From a virus (lineage: Duplodnaviria > Caudoviricetes), in the IMG/VR virus record IMGVR_UViG_3300045950_000335, positions 1 to 59,383 of that record: a DNA stretch of 59,383 nucleotides; one strand, 5' to 3'. A model generated the notes under the pieces. The model worked only from the letters and a program-made list of their open reading frames with translations, made no database searches and was not told the DNA's origin. Numbering within the stretch: the first letter of the stretch is position 1; each line of letters starts with the position of its first letter. This document shows, piece by piece, positions 19,397 through 29,000 of this stretch. Position numbers and translations under genes: made by a program.

Positions 19397-20788
19397 TTAC
19401 AGATATTTTTTCATGCGCGCCAGAACGGTCTCGCGCGGGAAAAGCGCGAGCACCGCGTCGACCGACGGCGTATGAGTCTGGCCCACCAGCATCACGCGCA
19501 ACGGCATTGCCAGCCTGGGCATCTTCAGGCCGTGCTTGGCCAGCAGTTCCTTCAGCAACGTTCCCAGCGCGGGCGCTTCCCACGCAACATCGGCGAAGCG
19601 CTCGGCGAGTTCGCGCAGTGCCGGCAGCACTTCCGGCACCAAGTGCGTGTCCAGCAATTCCTGCGCGGGATGCACGTCGATGTAGAACACTTCCGCCTCG
19701 TCCGCGAGCTCGACCAGGGTCGAGGAGCGGTCCTTGTAAAGGACGACGACGGCTTCGAGCGAGGGCGAGCCGCCTGCGCACACGCCGCGCTTCTCCAGTT
19801 GCCTCTGCACCAGGGCCGCGAGCCGCGCGTTGTCGGCCTGCTTGATGTAGTGGTTGTTCAGCCAGTTCAGCTTCTCGGTGTTGAACTGCGCCGCCGAAGG
19901 CGTGATGTGATCGAGATCGAACCACTCGCAGAACTGTTCGACCGAGAACACCTCCTCGTCGCCGTGCGACCAGCCCAGGCGCGCGAGATAGTTGATGACC
20001 GCCTCGGGCAGGTAGCCGTCCTCGTCGTACTGCATCACGCTCACCGCGCCATGGCGCTTCGACAGCTTGGTGCCGTCGTCGCCCAGGATCATCGACAGGT
20101 GCGCGTACTGCGGCACGGTCGCGCCCAGCGCCTTGAGGATGTTGATCTGGCGCGGCGTGTTGTTCACGTGGTCGTCGCCGCGGATTACGTGGGTGATGCC
20201 CATGTCCCAGTCGTCCACCACCACGCAGAAGTTGTAGGTCGGCGTGCCGTCGCCGCGCGCGATGATGAGATCATCCAGTTCGCCGTTGTCGAATTCAATT
20301 TTTCCCTTGACCAGGTCATTCCATGAAGTCACTCCGAAAGTCGGCGTCTTGAAACGCACCACCGGCTTGATGCCCTCCGGCGGCGCGGGCAGCACCTTGC
20401 CGGGTTCGGGACGCCAGCGCCCGTCGTAGCGCGGCTTCTCGCCGCGTTCGCGCTGCGCCTCGCGCAGTGCATCGAGCTCGTCGGGCGTGGTGTAGCAGTA
20501 ATAGGCATGGCCCGCATCCAGCAGTTGCTGGATGACTTCCTTGTAGCGCGGCATGCGCCGCATCTGGTAGAAGGGGCCTTCGTCGTAGTTCAGGTTGAGC
20601 CAGTCCATGCCGTCGAGGATGGCCTGCACCGCCTCCGGCGTGGAGCGCTCCACGTCGGTGTCCTCGATGCGCAGGATGAACGTGCCGCCGTGCTTGCGCG
20701 CATAGGCCCAGGAAAACAGCGCGGTGCGTGCCCCGCCGATGTGCAGGTAGCCGGTGGGACTGGGAGCGAAACGGGTGCGTACGGTCAT
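19397..20788 (-). CDS. gltX: Glutamate--tRNA ligase
   Basis: [34 protein letters not shown]. Confidence 0.97.
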   Translation of the reverse strand: MTVRTRFAPSPTGYLHIGGARTALFSWAYARKHGGTFILRIEDTDVERSTPEAVQAILDGMDWLNLNYDEGPFYQMRRMPRYKEVIQQLLDAGHAYYCYTTPDELDALREAQRERGEKPRYDGRWRPEPGKVLPAPPEGIKPVVRFKTPTFGVTSWNDLVKGKIEFDNGELDDLIIARGDGTPTYNFCVVVDDWDMGITHVIRGDDHVNNTPRQINILKALGATVPQYAHLSMILGDDGTKLSKRHGAVSVMQYDEDGYLPEAVINYLARLGWSHGDEEVFSVEQFCEWFDLDHITPSAAQFNTEKLNWLNNHYIKQADNARLAALVQRQLEKRGVCAGGSPSLEAVVVLYKDRSSTLVELADEAEVFYIDVHPAQELLDTHLVPEVLPALRELAERFADVAWEAPALGTLLKELLAKHGLKMPRLAMPLRVMLVGQTHTPSVDAVLALFPRETVLARMKKYL

Positions 20789-20898
20789 GATGAAACGGAA
20801 CTGGCAAAAAAGAGGCGCGCATTTTACGCCAGATGCGCTGGATCGCATAAACAAATTGACCCGCCCAGGCACCTGTGATTAAATGCGCGCCCTCGATT

Positions 20899-20973
20899 GG
20901 GCGGTTAGCTCAGCGGTAGAGCACTGCCTTCACACGGCAGGGGTCACTGGTTCGAACCCAGTATCGCCCACCA
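20899..20973 (+). tRNA. tRNA-Val (CAC), probable integration site of the right prophage
   Basis: GGGCGGTTAGCTCAGCGGTAGAGCACTGCCTTCACACGGCAGGGGTCACTGGTTCGAACCCAGTATCGCCCACCA; upstream TTGACC-17-TTAAAT. Confidence 0.96.
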
Positions 20974-21018
20974 ATCAAATCAATCACATAGCATCAGCAA
21001 CGGCAGACAAATCAGCTG

Positions 21019-21041
21019 CCGGCGCAAATTCCGGCGCAAAT
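21019..21041 (+). repeat. Tandem CCGGCGCAAAT x2, candidate integrase arm-type sites
   Basis: Direct repeat 45 bp after tRNA-Val; similar GCAAATCCGGTGTAA at 59369-59383. Confidence 0.45.
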
Positions 21042-21054
21042 ACAAATCGCCCAC

Positions 21055-21345
21055 CTATTCGGCAGCTTGATGGCCGGCATCGATGCCGCGCTTGACCCAT
21101 TCGACCAGGTTGTCGTGGCGAGCGCGGCAGGCGTGGTACTGGTGCGCGGCGCTGACGTGGGAGCGGTACAGGCTAGCCAGCGTGCCGTCTGCTGGCTTCT
21201 CCAGCGGCGGACATGGCTGCATGTCGGCGGCCTGCGGATAACGCGCCATGCGCGGTTCTGGCGGGTTGCTGGCGCAGGCGGCGAGCAGCAAGACTGCCGC
21301 CACGCTCATGCACTTCGACAGGCTCAGTGCGAACGGTCTCATCAT
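21055..21345 (-). CDS. o-spanin (Rz1-like lipoprotein)
   Basis: Lipobox LAAC, Pro-rich, CRARH; follows the i-spanin. Confidence 0.8.
   Translation of the reverse strand: MMRPFALSLSKCMSVAAVLLLAACASNPPEPRMARYPQAADMQPCPPLEKPADGTLASLYRSHVSAAHQYHACRARHDNLVEWVKRGIDAGHQAAE
21310..21337 (-). repeat. 28-bp REP-like hairpin element, copy 2, inside the o-spanin signal-peptide coding region
   Basis: ACCGTTCGCACTGAGCCTGTCGAAGTGC on the minus strand. Confidence 0.7.
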
Positions 21346-21683
21346 CTTCCCTCCACGGCGTCGTTGAGTTCCTGCATATCCTGAGCGCTCAGCGCGCAGG
21401 CGGTGTAGTCGGCATGGGCTGCGATGCCGCGCTCCACCCTGCCGGTGCGCGCGCCGGCAGATGCGGCACGTGCGGCATTCTTGACGGCCGCATCAGCGGC
21501 GGCGGCGCCGTCCTTACCGGCCAGCTTGTTTCCCGCCTCGATGCCGTATTCGGCGCGCTCCAGACGCTGCCTGTCACGCTCCAGCCCCTCGACATGGCGG
21601 CCGTACAGGTAGACACCGTATAGCGCACCCAGCACCGCGGCGAGCGAGAGCAGCCACAGGACGAGCTTGGCCTGGATGCCCAT
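21342..21683 (-). CDS. i-spanin (Rz-like)
   Basis: N-terminal TM, Ala-rich coiled coil, C-terminal Cys. Confidence 0.75.
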   Translation of the reverse strand: MGIQAKLVLWLLSLAAVLGALYGVYLYGRHVEGLERDRQRLERAEYGIEAGNKLAGKDGAAAADAAVKNAARAASAGARTGRVERGIAAHADYTACALSAQDMQELNDAVEGR

Positions 21684-21916
21684 CACCTTCCCCCCTCTGC
21701 CGCCGCGCCGCCATACTTGAGCGACAGCAGCTTGCTGACCGTGGCGGACGCGCCGACCACGCCCAGGTAGATCAGCCAGACATCCGCCGTGGCGCTGTCC
21801 TTGTGGACGGCGTACAGAAAGGCGACGGTGGCCGAGGCGTAGGCGATATTCGCCCACAGCTTGGTGTGCGAGAGCTGGCCGGTTCCGGCGTCGGTGATCA
21901 GGTCTTTCAGGTTCAT
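21683..21916 (-). CDS. Small 2-TM lysis-cassette protein (holin/antiholin candidate)
   Basis: DLITDAGTGQLSHTKLW plus two hydrophobic helices. Confidence 0.65.
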   Translation of the reverse strand: MNLKDLITDAGTGQLSHTKLWANIAYASATVAFLYAVHKDSATADVWLIYLGVVGASATVSKLLSLKYGGAAAEGGR

Positions 21917-21917
21917 G

Positions 21918-22409
21918 TCAGGCCTCGTTCTGTGAGCTTGCTTGAGCGCTGGCGAGCAGCGGCATGGAACCTGCCGGCAGCGGAACGCTGCCAGGCCAGC
22001 GGTATCCGGCGACCCGTGCACGGTCGAAGGGCGCGATGCTTACCGCATTGCCCTGGTTGCCGCCCAACACCATCAGCCGGCCCTTGGCGTCCTCGCCGAC
22101 CGCGAATCCGACATGCCCGCCGCCGACGCGGTCGAACACGACCACGCAACCGTATACCGGCGAGGACATCTCGCGCCCCCACGTCAGGTAGGACTTGGCC
22201 GACTCGAAGCGCGAGCTGACGATGCCCGCTTCCTCCAGGCATCCGCCGACGAAGGCGGCGCACCACGGCACCTCGTCGCTCTTGATTCCGCCGCGGCGGA
22301 TGGCTTTCCACCACTGCAATATCTTCGGCTCGTGCTTCTCGCCAGGTATCTCGCGCAGGCCGATATGCCCGCGGGCGACGCCGATCCACTTGAGTTCAGG
22401 ACTCAACAT
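21918..22409 (-). CDS. Endolysin, NlpC/P60-CHAP-like (TIGR02594-type)
   Basis: GLREIPG, DEVPWCAAFV, GHVGF, LGGNQGN. Confidence 0.88.
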   Translation of the reverse strand: MLSPELKWIGVARGHIGLREIPGEKHEPKILQWWKAIRRGGIKSDEVPWCAAFVGGCLEEAGIVSSRFESAKSYLTWGREMSSPVYGCVVVFDRVGGGHVGFAVGEDAKGRLMVLGGNQGNAVSIAPFDRARVAGYRWPGSVPLPAGSMPLLASAQASSQNEA

Positions 22410-22654
22410 ACCCGCCTCCTCTCAAAAATCACCCAGCACGCCACGCCAACGAGCAGCAGGTCCGGCGCATGGTGCCAGCCGAGCACCATGCCCACCGCGC
22501 CGCCGCCGGCGAGCGCGTAGCCGGCGGCCAGCCCGGCGAACTGGAACGGATGGCCGGACCACTCGTGCGCGTTGAGCGTGCCGGCCACGCAGATGCAGCG
22601 CACCAGCACCGCGCCAGCGGACAGCAGCGCGACGACGAACAGCAGCGCACTCAT
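22403..22654 (-). CDS. Membrane protein (lysis region)
   Basis: Three hydrophobic segments; ATGA overlap. Confidence 0.6.
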   Translation of the reverse strand: MSALLFVVALLSAGAVLVRCICVAGTLNAHEWSGHPFQFAGLAAGYALAGGGAVGMVLGWHHAPDLLLVGVACWVIFERRRVC

Positions 22655-23022
22655 GGCTTGCACTCCCCGCTCACGGTCTTGCCGAAGCGGCTGAGCAGCA
22701 GCGGGAAGACGCTGGGCGTCGCGCCGCCGATCACCAGGGCGAGCAGCAACCGCAGCGGATCGCCCCCCGCAATATCAGGCACGCTCGACACCAGGTAGCC
22801 CGCCGCCACCGGCGAACCGTAGCCTGCCAGCATGGCCGAGAACAGCACCGCCGCGGCGGCCTTGAGGCGGCTGTCGATGGTCTGCATCCAGATCGAGACG
22901 AAGATCGCCGCCAGCGCGCCGATGGCCAGCGCGTCAGCCTGCGCGCCGAGGATGATGGTGACGGAGCTGATGCCCGCCCCGGCGAATCCTCCTGCAGCTA
23001 CGGTTACGTGGGGCTCGGCCAT
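22651..23022 (-). CDS. Putative holin
   Basis: MAEP start, several TM segments, upstream of the endolysin. Confidence 0.6.
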   Translation of the reverse strand: MAEPHVTVAAGGFAGAGISSVTIILGAQADALAIGALAAIFVSIWMQTIDSRLKAAAAVLFSAMLAGYGSPVAAGYLVSSVPDIAGGDPLRLLLALVIGGATPSVFPLLLSRFGKTVSGECKP

Positions 23023-23035
23023 TACTCCCCCTTTC

Positions 23036-23620
23036 CTAGTTGCACCGCATCCACGGGTTGATGCTGAATACATGCATCCCGTCCGCATCGGTCGGCACGT
23101 AACGCTTGCCGTTGAACCACGGAGCCAGCTTCCAGCCCAGGCGCAGGCGGATGCAGCGGTCGATGAACGGCCATTTGATCAGAATGTACAGCTCGAACAC
23201 GCGCTCGCTGCCGCTGTCCATGACGGCGTAGAAGAATCCACCGCGGTAAGGCGACTCGGTGATGGCTGCATCGCCAGCCAGGCGCACAAGGCTCGCCATC
23301 ATGTTTACCGCTGTTCCCGGTTGCGCGAGCAGCGGCCTGAACTTCGCCCAATCCGTCGCCCGGTACGCCGGGTTGCGCCACAGCCAGCGCATCGCCGTCC
23401 AGTACCAGCCGGAGAGGTCGTACTCGGTGGACGGCCTGCCGACGTGGTTGGGGTCGCCGGGAAGCAGGCAATCCGGCGTTTCCATCCAGCGGAACGGCCG
23501 CGCCAAGCGACCGGTGCCGGGATCGGCGAACAGCAGCACAACGATGGGCGTGAGCACCATCGCCGGCAGCGTGGTGGCGATGGCGTAGAGGGTGATGAAC
23601 AGCCAGCGAATGAGTATCAT
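23036..23620 (-). CDS. Phage hypothetical protein homologous to 1-498
   Basis: WMETPD, WLWRNPAY, RLGWKL, NPWMRC. Confidence 0.75.
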   Translation of the reverse strand: MILIRWLFITLYAIATTLPAMVLTPIVVLLFADPGTGRLARPFRWMETPDCLLPGDPNHVGRPSTEYDLSGWYWTAMRWLWRNPAYRATDWAKFRPLLAQPGTAVNMMASLVRLAGDAAITESPYRGGFFYAVMDSGSERVFELYILIKWPFIDRCIRLRLGWKLAPWFNGKRYVPTDADGMHVFSINPWMRCN

Positions 23621-26004
23621 GCTATCCCCGCTGCGTCGAGCCGCGCCTTCAGGGCGGCGTTTTGCTGCGTCAGCTCCTGCACAGCCTTGATGAGAGGTGC
23701 GACCAACTCATCGTAGCCGATGGATTTAACATCATCGCCCCCACTCAGCGCATGGTCTTGGTAGCCGCCGAAATCAACCATCAGAGCATCACAGACGGAC
23801 TTTACTTCCTGTGCGATCAAACCGTGATGGAAGCGGCTCCGTACCTTGCTGCCATCTCGAATGATATTTGCCAGCTTGCACGCTTCACGCCATGCTGCCA
23901 GTTCAGCATCATGCTGCGTCCGCGCAGTATCGTATGCTGCCATCTCGTCGGCTGTCGCATCATCAGCAGGGGCAGTGAGCGCGAACGGGGCAGGCATCGG
24001 CGGCTTGTAGTCCTCGCGCATGTCCCAGCGATAGTCCACCGGACGCAGCGCATTGATGAAAGACAGGCCGAGAACGGTATCGCGCACGTCCGCCTTGTCA
24101 CGCAAATCTGAGCGGTTCTGCACCGTGCCGTAGACGTAGGTGGTCGTAGCGCTATCGCCAAGCTGGACTTGATTGGCAGCGGTAATTTGAGCGTTGTAGC
24201 CGACACCAGTGCAGTTGCTTGCGGTAGTTACACCATTCAAGGCGGCAGTTCCCAGCGCGCTGTTGCGAAACCCGGCAGTATTACTTGCAAGAGCCGAGGC
24301 GCCAACTGCTGCATTTTCGTAGCCACTCGTATTAGCACTCAGCGCGCTATAACCAACACCTACATTTGAACCACCAGTAACCCCCGCCCCACTGCCCATC
24401 ACGGCATAACCAAGAGCAACGTTGAATGATCCGCTGGATATGGCGGCTCCGCCAGCGTAACCAACGGCTGTATTACCGGTACCGGTTGTAGTACTCAGTG
24501 ATGTGAATCCAACAGCCGTGTTATAGTGCGTAGTGGTTGCTGACTGCAATGCCTGCGTGCCGATGGCAACATTACAAATGCCTGTTGTTATGACCTTACC
24601 GGCCTGATGCCCGATTCCAGTATTGTTATTCCCTGAAGTCACCGCAACAAGCGCACTACTGCCCACCCCTACGTTGTAATAGCCAGTGGTGTTTGCATAC
24701 AGTGCACTGTCACCGACCGCAGTATTATTATTTGCGGTTGTCGTTGATGTAAGCGCGAAAGTTCCAACGGCAGTATTGGCAGCTGCCGTAGTCGCACTAG
24801 TTAATGCGCTTTTCCCGATGGCAGTATTCGCAACCCCCGTAGTATTCGCGCTCAGGGCGTTCGCGCCGATGGCCGTGTTGTTTGCACCGGAGGTATTTGC
24901 TGTAAGAGCGTCGAACCCAATTGCGGTGACACTGCTTCCTGTAGTATTTGCCGCAAGCGGCGCACCCGCGCCATAGGCCGTATTTGACGCAACCGAGCCG
25001 CCACCACGATAATTAACGTTGCCGGTGAAGGTCGCGCCAGAGAGCGAAGCATAAAGAGCATCGAAGTACGCTTTGAGCGTGGCTTTCAGATTCGCCCATG
25101 TCAACTTCTTTGTGGCGTTCGACGCGGCACTATCGCCAATCGCCACTACATCGGCATCGACAGGAGTTGCTTTGTCTGTCCCAGCCGCGATCAGCGCGCC
25201 GAGCGCAGAATAGAACGTCGCCTTGAGGTTCGCCCATGTTAGCTTCTTCAGGCTAAACGACGCCTCGCTATCGGCCAATGGCAACTCATCAGCGTCAACT
25301 GGCGTTGTTTTGCTTGCTGCTGCATGGGTAGGAACTGCAACAGGCGTGTTTGCAGCGGCAGCAGCGCTGGCGGCCGCTTCCGTTGCAGAATTCGCCGCAT
25401 TGGTTGCACTGGTCGCGGCGTTGGTTGCGCTAGTTGCCGCCGCCGTCGCGGAATTGGCCGCAGCCGTGGCAGAAGTCGCGGCGTTGGTTGCTTGCGTCGT
25501 GGCTGTGGTTGCAGAATTCGCCGCATTGGTTGCACTGGTCGCGGCGTTGGTTGCGCTAGTTGCTGCCGCCGTCTGGCTTGCATTCGCCGCAGTGGCACTC
25601 GCTGCTGCAGAACCGTCCCCGGAAATTCCTATCCACTTCGTGGAATCGAAGGTTCCTGTCGATGTGTGCGCCGTATGGCAGATGTAGGCAAAGCCGGAGT
25701 GCTGCACCACGTCTTTGACAGCGTAGGCAGTTCCGGCAACCCAATCGCCTCTTGGAATACCGCCAGTCGAAACCAGCGCACGCGCCTGCTCGGAGAGCAT
25801 GTACGGCTCGATCAACAAGTCCTTCATCTTGCCGTCGTCGCGCTGCAATGCCTTGAGATTGGTGTTCAGCGCGTTGATCGAGGCCGATATATTGGCCAGC
25901 TCTGTATCGAGCGATACCGTCTTGACGGTGGAACGGCCGGCGACGTTGTTGCTTTCGTCGGTGGCAAACCCGGTTGTAGGGTTGTAATTCGGCGCGAATG
26001 GCAT
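23617..26004 (-). CDS. Tail fibre/spike with repeat stalk and C-terminal intramolecular chaperone (peptidase S74-like)
   Basis: ATSATNA repeats, NTAxG..AL repeats, SDLRDK...LRPVDYRW...GLIAQEV...LIKAVQEL. Confidence 0.88.
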   Translation of the reverse strand: MPFAPNYNPTTGFATDESNNVAGRSTVKTVSLDTELANISASINALNTNLKALQRDDGKMKDLLIEPYMLSEQARALVSTGGIPRGDWVAGTAYAVKDVVQHSGFAYICHTAHTSTGTFDSTKWIGISGDGSAAASATAANASQTAAATSATNAATSATNAANSATTATTQATNAATSATAAANSATAAATSATNAATSATNAANSATEAAASAAAAANTPVAVPTHAAASKTTPVDADELPLADSEASFSLKKLTWANLKATFYSALGALIAAGTDKATPVDADVVAIGDSAASNATKKLTWANLKATLKAYFDALYASLSGATFTGNVNYRGGGSVASNTAYGAGAPLAANTTGSSVTAIGFDALTANTSGANNTAIGANALSANTTGVANTAIGKSALTSATTAAANTAVGTFALTSTTTANNNTAVGDSALYANTTGYYNVGVGSSALVAVTSGNNNTGIGHQAGKVITTGICNVAIGTQALQSATTTHYNTAVGFTSLSTTTGTGNTAVGYAGGAAISSGSFNVALGYAVMGSGAGVTGGSNVGVGYSALSANTSGYENAAVGASALASNTAGFRNSALGTAALNGVTTASNCTGVGYNAQITAANQVQLGDSATTTYVYGTVQNRSDLRDKADVRDTVLGLSFINALRPVDYRWDMREDYKPPMPAPFALTAPADDATADEMAAYDTARTQHDAELAAWREACKLANIIRDGSKVRSRFHHGLIAQEVKSVCDALMVDFGGYQDHALSGGDDVKSIGYDELVAPLIKAVQELTQQNAALKARLDAAGIA
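25382..25563. repeat. Exact 56-bp direct duplication in the tail fibre stalk
   Basis: 25382-25437 equals 25508-25563. Confidence 0.85.
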
Positions 26005-26059
26005 GGGCAGACTCCTTCGGTTTTGCCCATGCTAGGGAAGGCGCTGTTATTCCATGCGA

Positions 26060-29000
26060 TTACTCGGTTTGCATCAGAGCCTCGATCTTCTCCATGCCTT
26101 CGCGCTCGATGCGGTCATACTCGCGCTGGCTGATCGCCCCCTTTTCCAGTAATCGCGCCGCGCTCCTGATCTCGGCCTTGACGCTCTTCGCCACGCCCAT
26201 CTTCATGCCTTCGGCGATCTCTTCCGAACGCTGCAGGTCAATCGGCTTTGCCTTGATGCCGAAGGTCTGCATCGCGGCATACTTAGGCTGCTCCGGTAGT
26301 CCGTCCTTGCCTGTCCCGGTATAGTCCCTGAACAGACTTGCCTTCTCCAGCGTGGTGTCGAAATAATTGGCCGCGCTATTCAGGATGCGGTCGTAGTGAT
26401 TCCCCATCGGAGCGACTGCCGGCATGAACTGTTTGTAGATGAAGCCAGCCGCCTTCTTCGCCTTGTCCGTGCCGGTGTCATTGCTATCGAACAGCTCCTT
26501 GCCGTCCCAGTTCCGGTTGTCGATCAGTCCGGAATAGAGACCAAGTAACGGATTGCTGGGCATTAGGGGTGCGGGGATGCCGCCGATCCCGCCCTTCTCG
26601 TTGTTCACGTCCTGGATGTCTCCGCCGGGGATGAAACGATAGACGTTCATGAACACCGGCATTCCGGTCTTCTCGTCGGTGCCGAGGCGGATGGTCTTCT
26701 GCGTGCCGAGTGCCGATCTGCCCTTGTCCCACTCGGGCAGGTTCTTGCGCTCCTCCTGCTCCAGCATTTGGCCTGCCGTCTCGGCCTCGCCGTCCCCGTA
26801 CAGGCCAAGTGTGTAGGCGTTCAGCAGCGCGTTTATCGTGCCGCTGGCAATCGCCGTCAGCCACCAATCATCATCCCCGCTGTCACCGGCCAGCGAAGCA
26901 TAAGTCAGCGCGTTGATGGACGCGATGATCGTTGCAGGCATCGCGAAGCGCCACGGGTATTCGACTGCGGTATGAATCAGTGCCGGCACGACCTTGTAGG
27001 TGTAGCCGAAGAACGGCAGCGCGTAATCGCGGATGACGCGTGCTGTCACTGGAAGGTCGTCGTAGTTGAAAATGTACTTGGTCGAGTACTGCACCGCGTC
27101 CTCCGGGCTCATACCCTTGCTGCGCGCGTCGCGGTAGATGGCGTACTTGAACAGCGTGTCGCCCAAGTGGTACGCCTTGGCGGCCTTCTCGTTCAGTCCG
27201 AGCGAGGCCAGTTTCCAGATAAACCTGCCAGCCCGGCGCGCCGCGCTGTCCGACGAAGCGCTGATCAGATTGCGCACCTCGGGCGGCATGCCCTTCATGA
27301 TCTCTTCCTGGCTGAAGTCTCCGGTGAACAGCCCGGCGTCCTCCGCCTCCTTCACCAGTTGATCTCCGCGCGCCAGGTCACGCAGTGCGAAATAGTATTT
27401 CTCTCCGTCCCAATAGCTCACCCCGGCGAAGTGCGCCATGGTCAGGTTCGACACGAAGTTGTTCATGTGGGTGACCGGATTCAGGACCGTCTTGCCCTCT
27501 TTCCACTTCGACAGCGCAGCCTTGTAATACTTCTGGAATTCGTTGTTGTTCTGCTCGTACTGGCTGATATGGTACAGAATCTCCTTCCGCACGTACATGC
27601 CGGAAAGCATGCCGTAGCTCTTCAGGCCGCCAGTGTCTGGTATCTCGGTTTCCGGGACATACACGAAGCCATCGGACGGCGTGCGGCGAGTCCATTCCGG
27701 ATTCTCGGCAATGGTCTTGTACAGCCGGCCGACGGACAGATCGCGCTGCATCGACAGGTAGCCCATCACGAAGCGCAATCGGAAGTCCTCGATCTCGCCC
27801 ATGTCGCGGCGTTCTTCCGGCGTGTAGTCCTTCCAGATGACGACGGTATCGGTATCCGGCAGCGGTTTCCCGTCCAGCGTCAGTTCCAGGTTGCCGCTGC
27901 GCAGGATGCGCTTGTCGTCCAGCTTCCAGCCCAACGCCTCCCATTGCGGCAGTTCGGCAGCCGTTACCACTTGGCGCTTGCCGCGTCCTTTCAGTGACCC
28001 GCTGCGAAACCCATCCACCGGGCTGCTCTTGAACGCGCGGCGCCACACGCTTTTGATCTCCGGGTCGAGGTGGCGCAGGTAGAAGCGCGGCAGGTAGCGC
28101 CCCTTCCATTTCTCGTAGGCGTCCTCAGACAGCATCTTGAGATCGACCGCATCCTGCCCCTGCTGCGTCATGGCCTGCTCCACCACGGCGGCGATCTTCA
28201 GCGCGTGCTCCGGCGGCACGTCGTCGTTCCTCATCTCCTGCGTCACGATGCGCGAGATCAGCCCGGCCTCTTCCTCGGTCATGCCCTTGGTGCTGTTCAC
28301 CACCTCGCCAGCGACACGCATGGCCTTGTCCAAGTCGGCTTTCTGCCGGCGGATCAACTTGGCCAGTTCCGGCGTCGCCTGCGCCATGCCCAGCTTCACG
28401 CCCATCGGGCGGAAGAACGCCGCATGCAGAAAGTCCTTGAAGCGGCGCGTACCGAGCAGTTCCGAGCGGATGTTGCCGAGTTCGTCACGGCTGTAGAGCA
28501 GCGGAACGGACTTCGGCAAAATGCGCGCCACGATGTCTGTGTTGCGCGGAACGGCGGGACCTTCCTTTGGTGCTGGCGCGCGGCTTGACATGGCGTAGCT
28601 GCCGTCCTCATGCTCGACTGCCGGTTCCGCCTTACCCTCAACCTTGCCCTTCATCTGGCGGATCAGGTCAAGTATCTCGGCGTCGCTCACCTCGTCGGCT
28701 TGCTCTCCAGGCTTTCCGAGTGCCGCACGCATGAAGCTGCGTAGCGCATCCACCACTCGCTGGATCAGCGCCCGCAGCCCGCCGCGCATCTCCGCCGGGA
28801 CGACCACCTGGTAGCGATCCAGCAGCGCATCGAAGTCGCCTGTGATGTGTGCCGCCGCCAGCTCGGCTATCGCCTCGTCCACATGCTTCCTGGCGTTGAG
28901 CGGCTCTTTGCGGTCGGCGGCGATGGCCCTGGCCAGCCTCGTCACGGTGCTGTTCTTCGCCGCAGTCTCAACCGTATCCTTGACGGACCGTCCAAGCATT

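Noticed and set aside
20789-20872. 28-aa N-terminal extension of GltX in the ORF track
   Set aside because: Overlaps the divergent promoter region; the conserved start [13 protein letters not shown] begins at 20788.
23617-26004. Diversity-generating retroelement targeting the tail fibre
   Set aside because: No reverse transcriptase in the window and no adenine-variant template/variable repeat pair; the duplication seen is exact.
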